Positions 16,597 to 24,418 of a stretch of DNA of 24,418 nucleotides are shown piece by piece. This stretch comes from an uncultured Myxococcales bacterium (lineage in GTDB: Bacteria; Myxococcota; UBA4151): assembly GCA_964013405.1 (NCBI GenBank), contig CAXGWI010000040.1, forward strand, positions 1 to 24,418, read 5' to 3'. The first letter of the stretch is position 1; each line of letters opens with the position of its first letter. The notes under the pieces are model-generated. The model saw only the letters and a program-made list of their open reading frames with translations. It had not been told where the DNA came from and did not search any database. A program made the position numbers and the translations under genes.

Positions 16597-18126
16597 ATGG
16601 CTGAGCGCGCTGGGATACGACGGCTTGTCCGGATTCTCTGCGGGGCTTTCTTTCGCGAGGTGGAGGTCATCGGTGACGACGATGTCCCCCGGGACCGTGG
16701 TGTTTTATTTATCGCGTGGCACCCGAACGGCATGTTGGACCCGATGCTCATGGTTGCGACGGCACCGCGCCACCCTCATTTTGGCGCTCGGCACGGAATT
16801 TTTCGTTGGCCTGGCCTCGCCTACTTGTTGAGGCGGGCAGGGGTTGTTCCCGTGTATCGGGCCATGGACCTTGGCGGCGATGCAGGGCGGGCTCGAGCGA
16901 AAACGAACAACGCCGAAAGCTTATCGGCCTTGGCTCAGATCGTCGCTGATGGGGGCATTGCCGGACTCTTTCCCGAAGGGGTCAGTCATGATGATCCCCA
17001 TCCCCAGGATCTGCGCACGGGTGCGGCTCGTATCTATGGGGAAGCCTGCCGTCTTGGTCATGGCTCCCGAGCGCCTGTGATCGTCCCCGTCGGGCTCCAC
17101 TATGATCGGAAGTCGCTGTTTCGATCGAAAGCCTTGATCGTTTATCACCCGCCGATGGAAGTCCCAGAGACCCTGGCCTACGACCCGTCTCTGGACGATG
17201 ATCCTGAGGCCCGGTGGCAGCAGGCCCGGGATCTCACCTTCGCGATGGAGGCCCAGTTAAAGCGGGTGGTGATGGCCACGGCCGACTGGCAAACGCACCA
17301 CCTACTACACCGTGTTCGCAAACTGGTGCGAGCGGAACGGGCCTGTCGCGCAGCGGCATCTCCCGGCCGAGCGAAGGTCAAGGAGCGGGTCTTGGGCTTT
17401 CGGCGCGTGTGGCTGGCTCACCAGGCCCTTGAATCCTCTTGTCCTGGAGCGGTGGATGCACTGCGCGTTGAAGTGGAGTCCTATCAAGAGGATTTGCGCG
17501 CTCTTGGCTTGAAGGATCACGAACTCGACCAATCCCCGGCCCTCGGCGGCTGGGGGATGAGCTTGCTCCTCCTCTTGCAGTTGATGTTCACCCATTTGCT
17601 CCTGCCACCCCTCATGGTGGTGGGTTATCTCGTCAATGGCCCGGTGGCGCTCCTCCTGCAGCTGCTTTGCTGGATTGTTGCGGGCGAGAAGAAAGACGAA
17701 GCCACGATCAAGCTTTTCGTCGGCGCGGTGCTCTTTCCAGCGACATGGGTCCTTTTGGGCATTTTTGCGGGGCACTACTACCATGAGTTGAAGGGTCTCT
17801 ATCCGACCTTACCCGGTGCGCCTTGGAGTTTGGGGTTGTTTTGTTCTGTCCTCGCCATGGTGGGCGGTGGCTTGGCCGTTCGAAACCTTCGCTTGGCTCA
17901 GCGGATGCGGCGGATCGTCCGTGTCCGGTTGACTCGGCGCTTACAGGCAGCCGCCATCGAGCGATTGAAATCGACTCGGGCCGCCATCTATGACCGACTG
18001 ATCACTGTGAGTGATGGGCTCCCATTACCTGGCGAAGTTGCGCCGGACGGGCGGATTATCGACGGCGCCGACGAGGGCGCTTCTTTTTCTTCGCCGGGGC
18101 TTTCTTCGGTGCCGCCGGAGCGATGA
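16597..18126 (+). CDS. PlsC/GPAT-family acyltransferase with C-terminal transmembrane region
   Basis: HPNGMLD, VVPVYR, FPEGVSH, LRTGAAR, IVPVGLHY; three to four TM segments in the C-terminal third; alternative GTG start at 16594. Confidence 0.88.
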   Translation: MAERAGIRRLVRILCGAFFREVEVIGDDDVPRDRGVLFIAWHPNGMLDPMLMVATAPRHPHFGARHGIFRWPGLAYLLRRAGVVPVYRAMDLGGDAGRARAKTNNAESLSALAQIVADGGIAGLFPEGVSHDDPHPQDLRTGAARIYGEACRLGHGSRAPVIVPVGLHYDRKSLFRSKALIVYHPPMEVPETLAYDPSLDDDPEARWQQARDLTFAMEAQLKRVVMATADWQTHHLLHRVRKLVRAERACRAAASPGRAKVKERVLGFRRVWLAHQALESSCPGAVDALRVEVESYQEDLRALGLKDHELDQSPALGGWGMSLLLLLQLMFTHLLLPPLMVVGYLVNGPVALLLQLLCWIVAGEKKDEATIKLFVGAVLFPATWVLLGIFAGHYYHELKGLYPTLPGAPWSLGLFCSVLAMVGGGLAVRNLRLAQRMRRIVRVRLTRRLQAAAIERLKSTRAAIYDRLITVSDGLPLPGEVAPDGRIIDGADEGASFSSPGLSSVPPER

Positions 18127-19390
18127 TCAGCGGCGATTCTTCCTGAGGCGCTTCTATCGAACTCGGTCGGCTCGGCTCGCTGGTCGAGGGCAGGGCTTCA
18201 GGGGGACTGCTGGGCAAGAGAAACCAAGCACACAGGGCGATTAGGATGCCTAAGACCAGCCCGATGCCGAGGCTTCGCGCTTTCTTCCCCCCAGTGATCT
18301 TTGTGTCCTCGCTGCGGAGTCGGGCCATTTCGCGCATCTCGGAGGTTACGATTCGAGTTCGTGGCTCGTCGGCTCCCCTGGCCTCCTGGTGGGTTGCGGC
18401 ACTCGTCTGCGTTCCGGAGTAACCCACGGCTCGACGGTCGTTGATCAACGACTCCGTGAGCATGGGCAGAGGCCTTCCGGAGGGGGGCAGGGTATCAAGC
18501 CACCGCTTCAGGTCGTCGCGCTCAAGCCGCCCGCCGAGTTGCTCCAGGCTTTGATCGAGGATCTTGGCCACTTGAGCGCAGTTAGCGTGGCGGTATCGGG
18601 GCGATTTGGCCGTGCACTGGGCGATCGCTTTCACCACCTGAATGGGGGTTTCTGGCGTCAGGCGATTGGCCGCCGGAACCCAGCACTTCTTCACAGCCTT
18701 CAGGGTTTCGAGGTCGTCGTCGCGCATGAAGAGACGGGCCCGGCAGACGAGCTCCCAGAGCACAACCCCCAATGAGAACTGGTCGCTTTGCGGCGACACG
18801 TTGGCCCCATCGAGTTGCTCCGGACTGAAGTAACTCATCTTGCCTTTCAGTACGCCAGCTGCCGTCTTCTGCTCGTTGGTGGTGGCCCGGGCGATGCCGA
18901 AGTCCAACAGCTTGGCTTGGCCCAGTTCGGTCAGGAGAATATTGTCGGGCGAGACGTCTCGGTGGACGATCTCAAGGGGGCGACCATCGGGGGCTTTGAG
19001 TTCGTGGGCGTAATGAAGGGCCCGCGCGATGTCGGCGCCGATCTGCAGGGTCAAGCGTAGCGGTAAGCCCACCCCCGCAGCCAAGGCCCGTTGGGAGAGG
19101 GACTTTATGTTGTCGCCCGTGACGTGCTCAAGGACGATATACGGTCGCCCGTTCTCCTCGCTGAAGTCCTCTAGGCGGACGATATTGGGGTGGTTAAGCA
19201 GGCTGGCCAACCGCGCTTCGTCGTGGAAGCGCTGAACGACATCGGGGTCATCGGCCAAATGCTGATGGATCTGTTTGATGACTGTTTGCCGCTGAAAGCC
19301 ACTGGGCCCCCGCTGCCGCGCAAGGTAGACCTGGGCCATACCCCCTTGGCCGAGCCGTTCGATAATTTCGTAGGGGCCGATGGAATCCAC
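18056..19390 (-). CDS. Membrane-anchored Ser/Thr protein kinase (Pkn-type) with polybasic C-terminal tail
   Basis: GQGGMAQV, TVIK, HRDVSPDN, DFGIA, GKMSYFSPEQ; TM LGIGLVLGILIALCAWFLL; tail KKAPAKKKKRPRRRRR. Confidence 0.92.
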   Translation of the reverse strand: MDSIGPYEIIERLGQGGMAQVYLARQRGPSGFQRQTVIKQIHQHLADDPDVVQRFHDEARLASLLNHPNIVRLEDFSEENGRPYIVLEHVTGDNIKSLSQRALAAGVGLPLRLTLQIGADIARALHYAHELKAPDGRPLEIVHRDVSPDNILLTELGQAKLLDFGIARATTNEQKTAAGVLKGKMSYFSPEQLDGANVSPQSDQFSLGVVLWELVCRARLFMRDDDLETLKAVKKCWVPAANRLTPETPIQVVKAIAQCTAKSPRYRHANCAQVAKILDQSLEQLGGRLERDDLKRWLDTLPPSGRPLPMLTESLINDRRAVGYSGTQTSAATHQEARGADEPRTRIVTSEMREMARLRSEDTKITGGKKARSLGIGLVLGILIALCAWFLLPSSPPEALPSTSEPSRPSSIEAPQEESPLIIAPAAPKKAPAKKKKRPRRRRR

Positions 19391-19435
19391 CGCGCCAGTT
19401 TGAGGTGGCTTGCTGGGCTTGGCAAGAGGCCCTGA

Positions 19436-19924
19436 TCAGGCCTGTGGCTCGGCCGATCGGACGAAGAGTTGTTTCAAGTCCCAGGCCGGGCCCGCAATGA
19501 AGGAGAGGGGGTCATCGGCAAAGGCCGGGGCATTCTTTTCATGAAAGGCATGGCCCCAGATGTTGAGGGCCCAGCCGAAGGCAAAGGTCCCCGCGGCCCA
19601 AAGCCAAGGTGTCTGGTGGACGGGGAGGACGAAGAGGCCGATGGCGGCCCCTAGGATCAACGGAATCCCCCAGATATGGAGCAATCGATTGATGCGGTTG
19701 CTGTGGGTTGCATCATAAAAGTCCAAGGCCGCCCGCCAGCGGGCCTGAAAGCCGCCACTAAACTGGGGCCTCAGCAGTCGCCAGCAACGCTCCAGCATGA
19801 GGTTTCCGATCAGGAAAACAGCCAGGCCGATCCACTTGTAACCCACGAAAAGAAGCACCATGCCAGCGACGACGAGCAGCACATAAAAATTTCTGAGTGC
19901 GGGGGGTTTACCTGCCTCTGACAT
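19436..19924 (-). CDS. Mpo1/DUF962-family membrane protein, 162 aa
   Basis: HSNRINRLLHIWGIP and GWALNIWGHAFHEKNAPA motifs; strong SD GGAGG 7 nt before ATG 19924 (the track's longer start rejected). Confidence 0.8.
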   Translation of the reverse strand: MSEAGKPPALRNFYVLLVVAGMVLLFVGYKWIGLAVFLIGNLMLERCWRLLRPQFSGGFQARWRAALDFYDATHSNRINRLLHIWGIPLILGAAIGLFVLPVHQTPWLWAAGTFAFGWALNIWGHAFHEKNAPAFADDPLSFIAGPAWDLKQLFVRSAEPQA

Positions 19925-20062
19925 GGAATATCCTCCGGGCTCCGGTGGCAGCACTCTACCTCCGTGGGCGGCGCCCTTCCAGTCCGACCTTTGCCCGAGG
20001 GCGCATAAAGCGTTGCGGGCCAGCACATCCGCTGCAAAAGAGGGGGCCGTCAGGAGGACCCA

Positions 20063-20425
20063 ATGCTTCCCTATGCATTCTATAAGATCATTCACCTTTT
20101 TGGTTTGGGGATGACTGTCACGGGGCTTGGTGGCCTCGCCTTCGCCGGTGCTGATGGCATCGAAAAGGAAGCCTCAAAGACATGGAAGGTCGCCAGCATC
20201 TTTCATGGCGTGGGACTCTTCTTGGTTCTGCTCGGGGGCATGGGCATGGTCAAAGGCAACCTCGGCGCCGGGTGGGTGCACGGGAAGTTCGCCCTTTGGT
20301 TTCTCTTCGGCGCTGCGATGATGATTCCACGCCGTAAGCCTGCCTTGGCGAAGCCTTTGTTCTTGGCCCTGCCCGTACTCGTGGCCCTGGGCGCTTGGCT
20401 CGGTGGAATGCAGCCCGGTGCTTGA
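20063..20425 (+). CDS. Small four-TM membrane protein (possibly SirB2-like)
   Basis: AGGAGG SD; YKIIHLFGL, FHGVGLFL, WVHGKFALW; four hydrophobic helices. Family assignment tentative. Confidence 0.7.
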   Translation: MLPYAFYKIIHLFGLGMTVTGLGGLAFAGADGIEKEASKTWKVASIFHGVGLFLVLLGGMGMVKGNLGAGWVHGKFALWFLFGAAMMIPRRKPALAKPLFLALPVLVALGAWLGGMQPGA

Positions 20426-20435
20426 ACCTTCTTTC

Positions 20436-20476
20436 TGGCGGTTCAACCCACGGGTTGAGCAAGCCGCCATCCTTTG
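20436..20476 (+). terminator. Intergenic hairpin, possible intrinsic terminator
   Basis: Outer stem TGGCGG (20436-41)/CCGCCA (20464-69) enclosing TCAACCC-AC-GGGTTGA, followed by a weak TCCTTT tract. Confidence 0.4.
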
Positions 20477-20509
20477 CTAGCTGCCCTGCGTTTCCTGAGG
20501 AGTTGACTC

Positions 20510-21019
20510 GTGATCTGGTTGCTTTCCTTGGTCCTGCTCGCTGCCCCTGCAGATGAGCTACCAGAGATGATCCCGCTGTCGGAGTTGCCGACCACCGGCA
20601 AGCCGGCTGCGGACTTTTCCTTGCCCCTGTTTAGCGGTGGTACCTTCAAACTCAGCGCCCAGCGGGGCAAGCCCGTGATCATCAGCTTCTGGGCTTCTTG
20701 GTGTGGACCCTGCCGAGAGGAGTTGCCCGAACTGAATCGCTTCGCCAACAAGCGTAAGGATGTGGTGGTCGTGGCCGTCAACACCGACAGGAACCGCAGC
20801 GCGGGCGAGCGCTTCTACAAGGAACTCAAACTTACCCTGCCGGCGGTCTACGACGAAAACAGCGCCGCCATCAGCAACTACGATGTCGAGACCTTTCCGA
20901 CGACCTACGTCATCGACCAGCAAGGGACCGTCGTGCTGCGGAGTTCGGGCTACAACAGCAAGTATGGGCTGAAGCCCCTCTTCAATTTCGTGAACCGCCT
21001 GCTCGGCCAGAAGCGATAA
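20510..21019 (+). CDS. TlpA/ResA-family exported thiol-disulfide reductase
   Basis: Signal peptide; AADFSLP, GKPVIISFWASWCGPCREELP, cis-Pro loop FPTTYVID; GAGGAG SD. Confidence 0.92.
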   Translation: MIWLLSLVLLAAPADELPEMIPLSELPTTGKPAADFSLPLFSGGTFKLSAQRGKPVIISFWASWCGPCREELPELNRFANKRKDVVVVAVNTDRNRSAGERFYKELKLTLPAVYDENSAAISNYDVETFPTTYVIDQQGTVVLRSSGYNSKYGLKPLFNFVNRLLGQKR

Positions 21020-21028
21020 GGGGGCGCC

Positions 21029-23098
21029 ATGAGTCTTGCCGATGAACTCAAAAAGCTCGCTGAACTACGGGACGCCGGTGTCCTGACCCAGGACGAGTTC
21101 GATGACCAAAAAGCCCGCTTGCTGGCGGGGGGCTCCCAGGAGGCTCCGGCCGAAGCGCCCCAAGCCACCGAAGAGCCAGTCGCCCCCGAACCGATGCCGT
21201 CGGCATCGTCGGCAGCGAGCGAAAAAACAGCGCCTGCTTGGGCCTATATGCTTCTGATTCTCGTCGCCGCCTTTGGCGTCTTCGTGGGCGCGCTGATGAC
21301 CCAGCACCACGATGTGATGGCCTACGACCCCAATGCGCAAGAGGGGCAGTTGATTGGATGTGCAGCGGAGGAGGGCGTCAACTGCGACGTGGTCAACACG
21401 TCGAGCTACTCCGAAGTCGCCGGAGTGCCCATCGCGACCCTCGCCATCCCCGTCTATCTCATGGTTCTGATCCTGAGCATCGTCGGTCTCGTGAAGAAGC
21501 GCCGGGAGCCCATGACGTTGATCTTGGCCCTTGGCGTGGGGATGAGCCTTTACTCGGTCTTTCTCTTCTACATCTCCAAAGTGGAGTTACAGAATCTGTG
21601 CACGTGGTGCGTTCGCAACTATATCGCTAGCTTTGCGGTACTGGGAATAGCACTCATCGCCGGCGCCTGGCGGGATCGAGTCGTGCCCATGGCCCTCGTG
21701 AAAGCCTCCCTGATCCTCTTCGTAGGTGCTTCACTCGTCGCCATGGGCGGCGAGCAGATGTACCGCCGTAGTCTCATCGGTGAGCAGCCCAAGGAACTTA
21801 GCCAGAAAGCGGACACTGCAAAGCTTTCGAGTTCCGATGAGGGGGGTGTGCTCAAGCCCCGGAGCTTTAAGTCCTTTGCTGTGGATCGTCGGGGGCGTGA
21901 GGTTCCCTACGGAACGGTGAAAGTGGGCCCCGGCAACCGCTGGCGTGGCAACCCGGATGCCGAGGTCGTCGTCATCGAGTATGCCGACCTCGAATGCCCG
22001 ATTTGTCGTAACGCAGCTGTGCACTTTGATCGCCTTTACGCTGCCTATGGGGACCGGGTTCTCTTTGTCTTTAAGCACTTCCCCATCAATCGCCGCTGTA
22101 ACGGTCACGTACGGCGCAGCAAACATAACTATGCTTGTATTGCGGCGAAGGCCGCCGAGTGCGCTGGTGACCAAGGGCACTTCTGGCACTACATCGAAAC
22201 AACCTTTCGCAATCAGCACAATTTGGGGGCCCGTAGTTTGCGGTCCCATGCGAAGGCCATGGGTTTGGACATGAAGAAGTTCAATCAATGCCTCAGAAAA
22301 CGGGGCACGCCCGATGGTGTCAAGAATGACACGGCCGAACTGGGTGGTTTGGAGAAGATGCGCAAGTCGACACCTAAGGTCCTGATTAACGGCGAACTCT
22401 ACACCGGCGGTCTGAGCGCCGAGGGCCTAGCTCGGGAGATCGAACGGCGTCTCGGTACCGATGAAGGCGAGGCAGCCTTCCGGGCTGAGGCCTTCGGTGG
22501 CGGTGGCAATGTCCCCACCGAGGTCCCCACGGATCTGCCGGCGATGCAATCGGTGGAGTACGGCGATTATAAGTTCAAGATCGACCGCTTCGAGTCTGGT
22601 CGGGACGATGACGGCAAGGCCATCACCGGCAAGCGAGTGATTCCGGCCACGGGGATCACCTGGCATGGGGCGAAGGAAGCCTGTGAGGCCGCTGGTAAGC
22701 GCCTGTGCCGGGCCGAGGAGTGGCTGGCTGCCTGTCAGGGCGCGGCACCGAAAGACGACAATGGGAACGGCCGAGTCTTCGATGATCGAATCGAGGGCAG
22801 CCTGTACCCCTATGGTGATGTCCACCGGCCCGGTCGCTGCTGGGACGGACATAAGCGGGATGCATATCGACCGGTCTACACCGGCGAGCACCCGGCCTGC
22901 GTGAGCCGGGATGGGGTCTACGACCTCACCGGCAATATGGCGGAATGGGTGGGGGACAGCCCGGACAAGGCGGTCCTGATGGGTGGTTTCTACGAAGACC
23001 GGCGACCCAGTTGTTTGACCTATGATCCCAACTGGGGCCCCAGTCAGTCGTCGATCTACACGGGCTTCCGTTGCTGTAGTGATGGGGAGGGCAAGTGA
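21029..23098 (+). CDS. SHOCT-VKOR-DsbA-FGE/sulfatase-modifying-factor-like fusion protein
   Basis: SHOCT: ADELKKLAELRDAGVLTQDEFDDQKARLL. VKOR: loop Cys pair C-AAEEGVN-C, SSYSEVAGVPIA, CTWC, five TMs. DsbA: EYADLECPIC, FKHFP, TPKVLING. FGE-like: IDRFE, AKEACEAAGKRLC..EEW, YPYG, GVYDLTGNMAEWV, GFRCC. Confidence 0.88.
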   Translation: MSLADELKKLAELRDAGVLTQDEFDDQKARLLAGGSQEAPAEAPQATEEPVAPEPMPSASSAASEKTAPAWAYMLLILVAAFGVFVGALMTQHHDVMAYDPNAQEGQLIGCAAEEGVNCDVVNTSSYSEVAGVPIATLAIPVYLMVLILSIVGLVKKRREPMTLILALGVGMSLYSVFLFYISKVELQNLCTWCVRNYIASFAVLGIALIAGAWRDRVVPMALVKASLILFVGASLVAMGGEQMYRRSLIGEQPKELSQKADTAKLSSSDEGGVLKPRSFKSFAVDRRGREVPYGTVKVGPGNRWRGNPDAEVVVIEYADLECPICRNAAVHFDRLYAAYGDRVLFVFKHFPINRRCNGHVRRSKHNYACIAAKAAECAGDQGHFWHYIETTFRNQHNLGARSLRSHAKAMGLDMKKFNQCLRKRGTPDGVKNDTAELGGLEKMRKSTPKVLINGELYTGGLSAEGLAREIERRLGTDEGEAAFRAEAFGGGGNVPTEVPTDLPAMQSVEYGDYKFKIDRFESGRDDDGKAITGKRVIPATGITWHGAKEACEAAGKRLCRAEEWLAACQGAAPKDDNGNGRVFDDRIEGSLYPYGDVHRPGRCWDGHKRDAYRPVYTGEHPACVSRDGVYDLTGNMAEWVGDSPDKAVLMGGFYEDRRPSCLTYDPNWGPSQSSIYTGFRCCSDGEGK

Positions 23099-24418
23099 TG
23101 AGCGAGCACACAGATAAACAGGTCTCTCTCGGCTTGGTGATCGCTGCGGTTCTTGCCGGGACCGGGTTGATGATTGGGCTGCAACTCGCCGGTGCCGATG
23201 GGGGTGCTGGACTCGCCACACCCAGTGCCGTCAGCGCTGGTGGCGAGGGCATCACCCGAGCCCGTTTACCTTTGGCCGATAACATTCAGGGCGAAGGTCG
23301 TTGGCCGGCCAAAGTTGCGGCGGTGGCCTACATCGATTTGCACGATGAGTTATCGGCTCGGCTCATGGCCGACCTCCGTAGTCTGCAGGCGGAGCTGGGC
23401 GAAGACCTCTTCCTCGCCACCAAGCAGTTTCCCCGGGCCCATGACCGAGCCTCCGTCAGTGCAGCCCGCGCGGTGATCGCTGCCGAGTCCCTCGGTGCTG
23501 GGCCCAAGTTCACAGCCCACCTTCAGCGTCATCGCGCCACCCTCAGTCACGCAGACCTGCCAGCGCTCGCCACCGAGATCGGCATCGATGGGGCCAAGCT
23601 CAAAGGGTTGATGGATGGGGAAGAGACGAAGAAGACGCTTGCTGCCCATCTCGCAGAGGCCAAGGCCCTCGGCCTGGAGCGTCGCCCGAGTCTCTTTGTC
23701 AACGGCGTGCCGGTCCATCACGTGGTTCCGAAAGAGGCTCTCAAAGCGCTCATTCTGCGGGAGCGGACCGTGATCGAATCGCTGGGTAGCGATTTGAAGG
23801 CCGCCCACAAAAAGCTGCTCGCTCGGGCCGGGGAGCCGGTGAAAACGGCGGAAGCCGGGGTCAAAGAGATCAAGGAGCCCCCCCGAGAGGGGAGCTTACC
23901 CCCCACGATTACACCGGAAGACTTCAGTTGGGGCGATCCCAACGCGCCCGTCCAGATCGTCACCTTCGCCGACTACCAATGTCCCTATTGCTCGAAGACG
24001 GCCGAGATGCTGGCGAAGCTCAAAAAGACCTACAAGCCCGAAGAGATCTATATCGTCTTTAAGAATTTGCCACTCACCTGGTTGCACCCCAGCGCACCCA
24101 TGGCAGCCCGGGCCGCCATCGCGTCCGGTCGCCAAGGCAAGTTCTGGGAGTTTCATGATCTGCTCTTTCAGCGGCAGTCGGAGTTGAAGACCTTGGGCAA
24201 AGATGCCCTGTGGCCCTGGATCCGGGAGCTCAAGTTAGATGAGCGCAAGTTCATCGAGGATATGACCAGCCGAGCGACCCGAGCCCAGGTCGAGGCCGAT
24301 TCTGCGGAAGCCCGCCGGATTGGTATCTACACCACACCGAACTTCTTCATTAACGGGCGGCACCGTCCTGGCTTGAGCCTGCAGGTGGTCCAGCGGATGG
24401 TGGAGCAGGCCCGGAAGT
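23098..24418 (+). CDS. Partial (3'-truncated) membrane-anchored tandem DsbA-family protein
   Basis: Not in the ORF track (no stop in window). ATG 23098 overlaps the upstream TGA. N-terminal TM LGLVIAAVLAGTGLMIGL; domain 1 YIDLHDELS...KQFP...RPSLFVNG; domain 2 WGDPNAPVQIVTFADYQCPYC (CPYC at 23980-23991), QGKFWEFHD, TTPNFFING. Confidence 0.9.
   Translation, partial: MSEHTDKQVSLGLVIAAVLAGTGLMIGLQLAGADGGAGLATPSAVSAGGEGITRARLPLADNIQGEGRWPAKVAAVAYIDLHDELSARLMADLRSLQAELGEDLFLATKQFPRAHDRASVSAARAVIAAESLGAGPKFTAHLQRHRATLSHADLPALATEIGIDGAKLKGLMDGEETKKTLAAHLAEAKALGLERRPSLFVNGVPVHHVVPKEALKALILRERTVIESLGSDLKAAHKKLLARAGEPVKTAEAGVKEIKEPPREGSLPPTITPEDFSWGDPNAPVQIVTFADYQCPYCSKTAEMLAKLKKTYKPEEIYIVFKNLPLTWLHPSAPMAARAAIASGRQGKFWEFHDLLFQRQSELKTLGKDALWPWIRELKLDERKFIEDMTSRATRAQVEADSAEARRIGIYTTPNFFINGRHRPGLSLQVVQRMVEQARK

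Noticed and set aside
22540..23098. FGE/C-type-lectin domain as a diversity-generating retroelement target
   Set aside because: No reverse transcriptase and no template-repeat copy of the 3' region found in the window.
23096..23100. Selenocysteine readthrough at TGA stops of the redox genes
   Set aside because: The TGA overlaps the next gene's ATG in another frame and is not at a catalytic Cys position; the intact CXXC motifs use ordinary Cys codons.

Overview
GC-rich, gene-dense bacterial chromosomal window with about 21 CDSs and no RNA genes, mobile elements or CRISPR arrays that I can support. Three Pkn-type Ser/Thr kinases, several Cys-rich lipoproteins and PDAG-type linkers suggest Myxococcota or a related deltaproteobacterium (inference). 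Modules in order: (1) minus-strand kinase-STAND ATPase-TPR gene, an exported protein and a partial repeat-containing lipoprotein; (2) ArsP/DUF318-type permease with a C-terminal HMA domain plus a MerC-like gene; (3) a coupled operon of a DUF2817/M14-like metallohydrolase, an animal-type group II PLP decarboxylase carrying the CSAD selectivity motif (F-x19-S-x-Y) and a membrane di-iron desaturase/hydroxylase; (4) three minus-strand lipoproteins, including an 11 CXXCH + 1 CX4CH multiheme cytochrome and a six-bladed Kelch protein, divergent from a rhodanese; (5) two PlsC-family acyltransferases between two paralogous membrane kinases, plus an Mpo1/DUF962-like gene; (6) a thiol-disulfide operon of TlpA, a SHOCT-VKOR-DsbA-FGE-like four-domain fusion and a tandem DsbA whose first domain has lost its CXXC. 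Best candidates for undescribed biology are modules 3, 6 and 4. All family calls come from motif recognition, not database searches.
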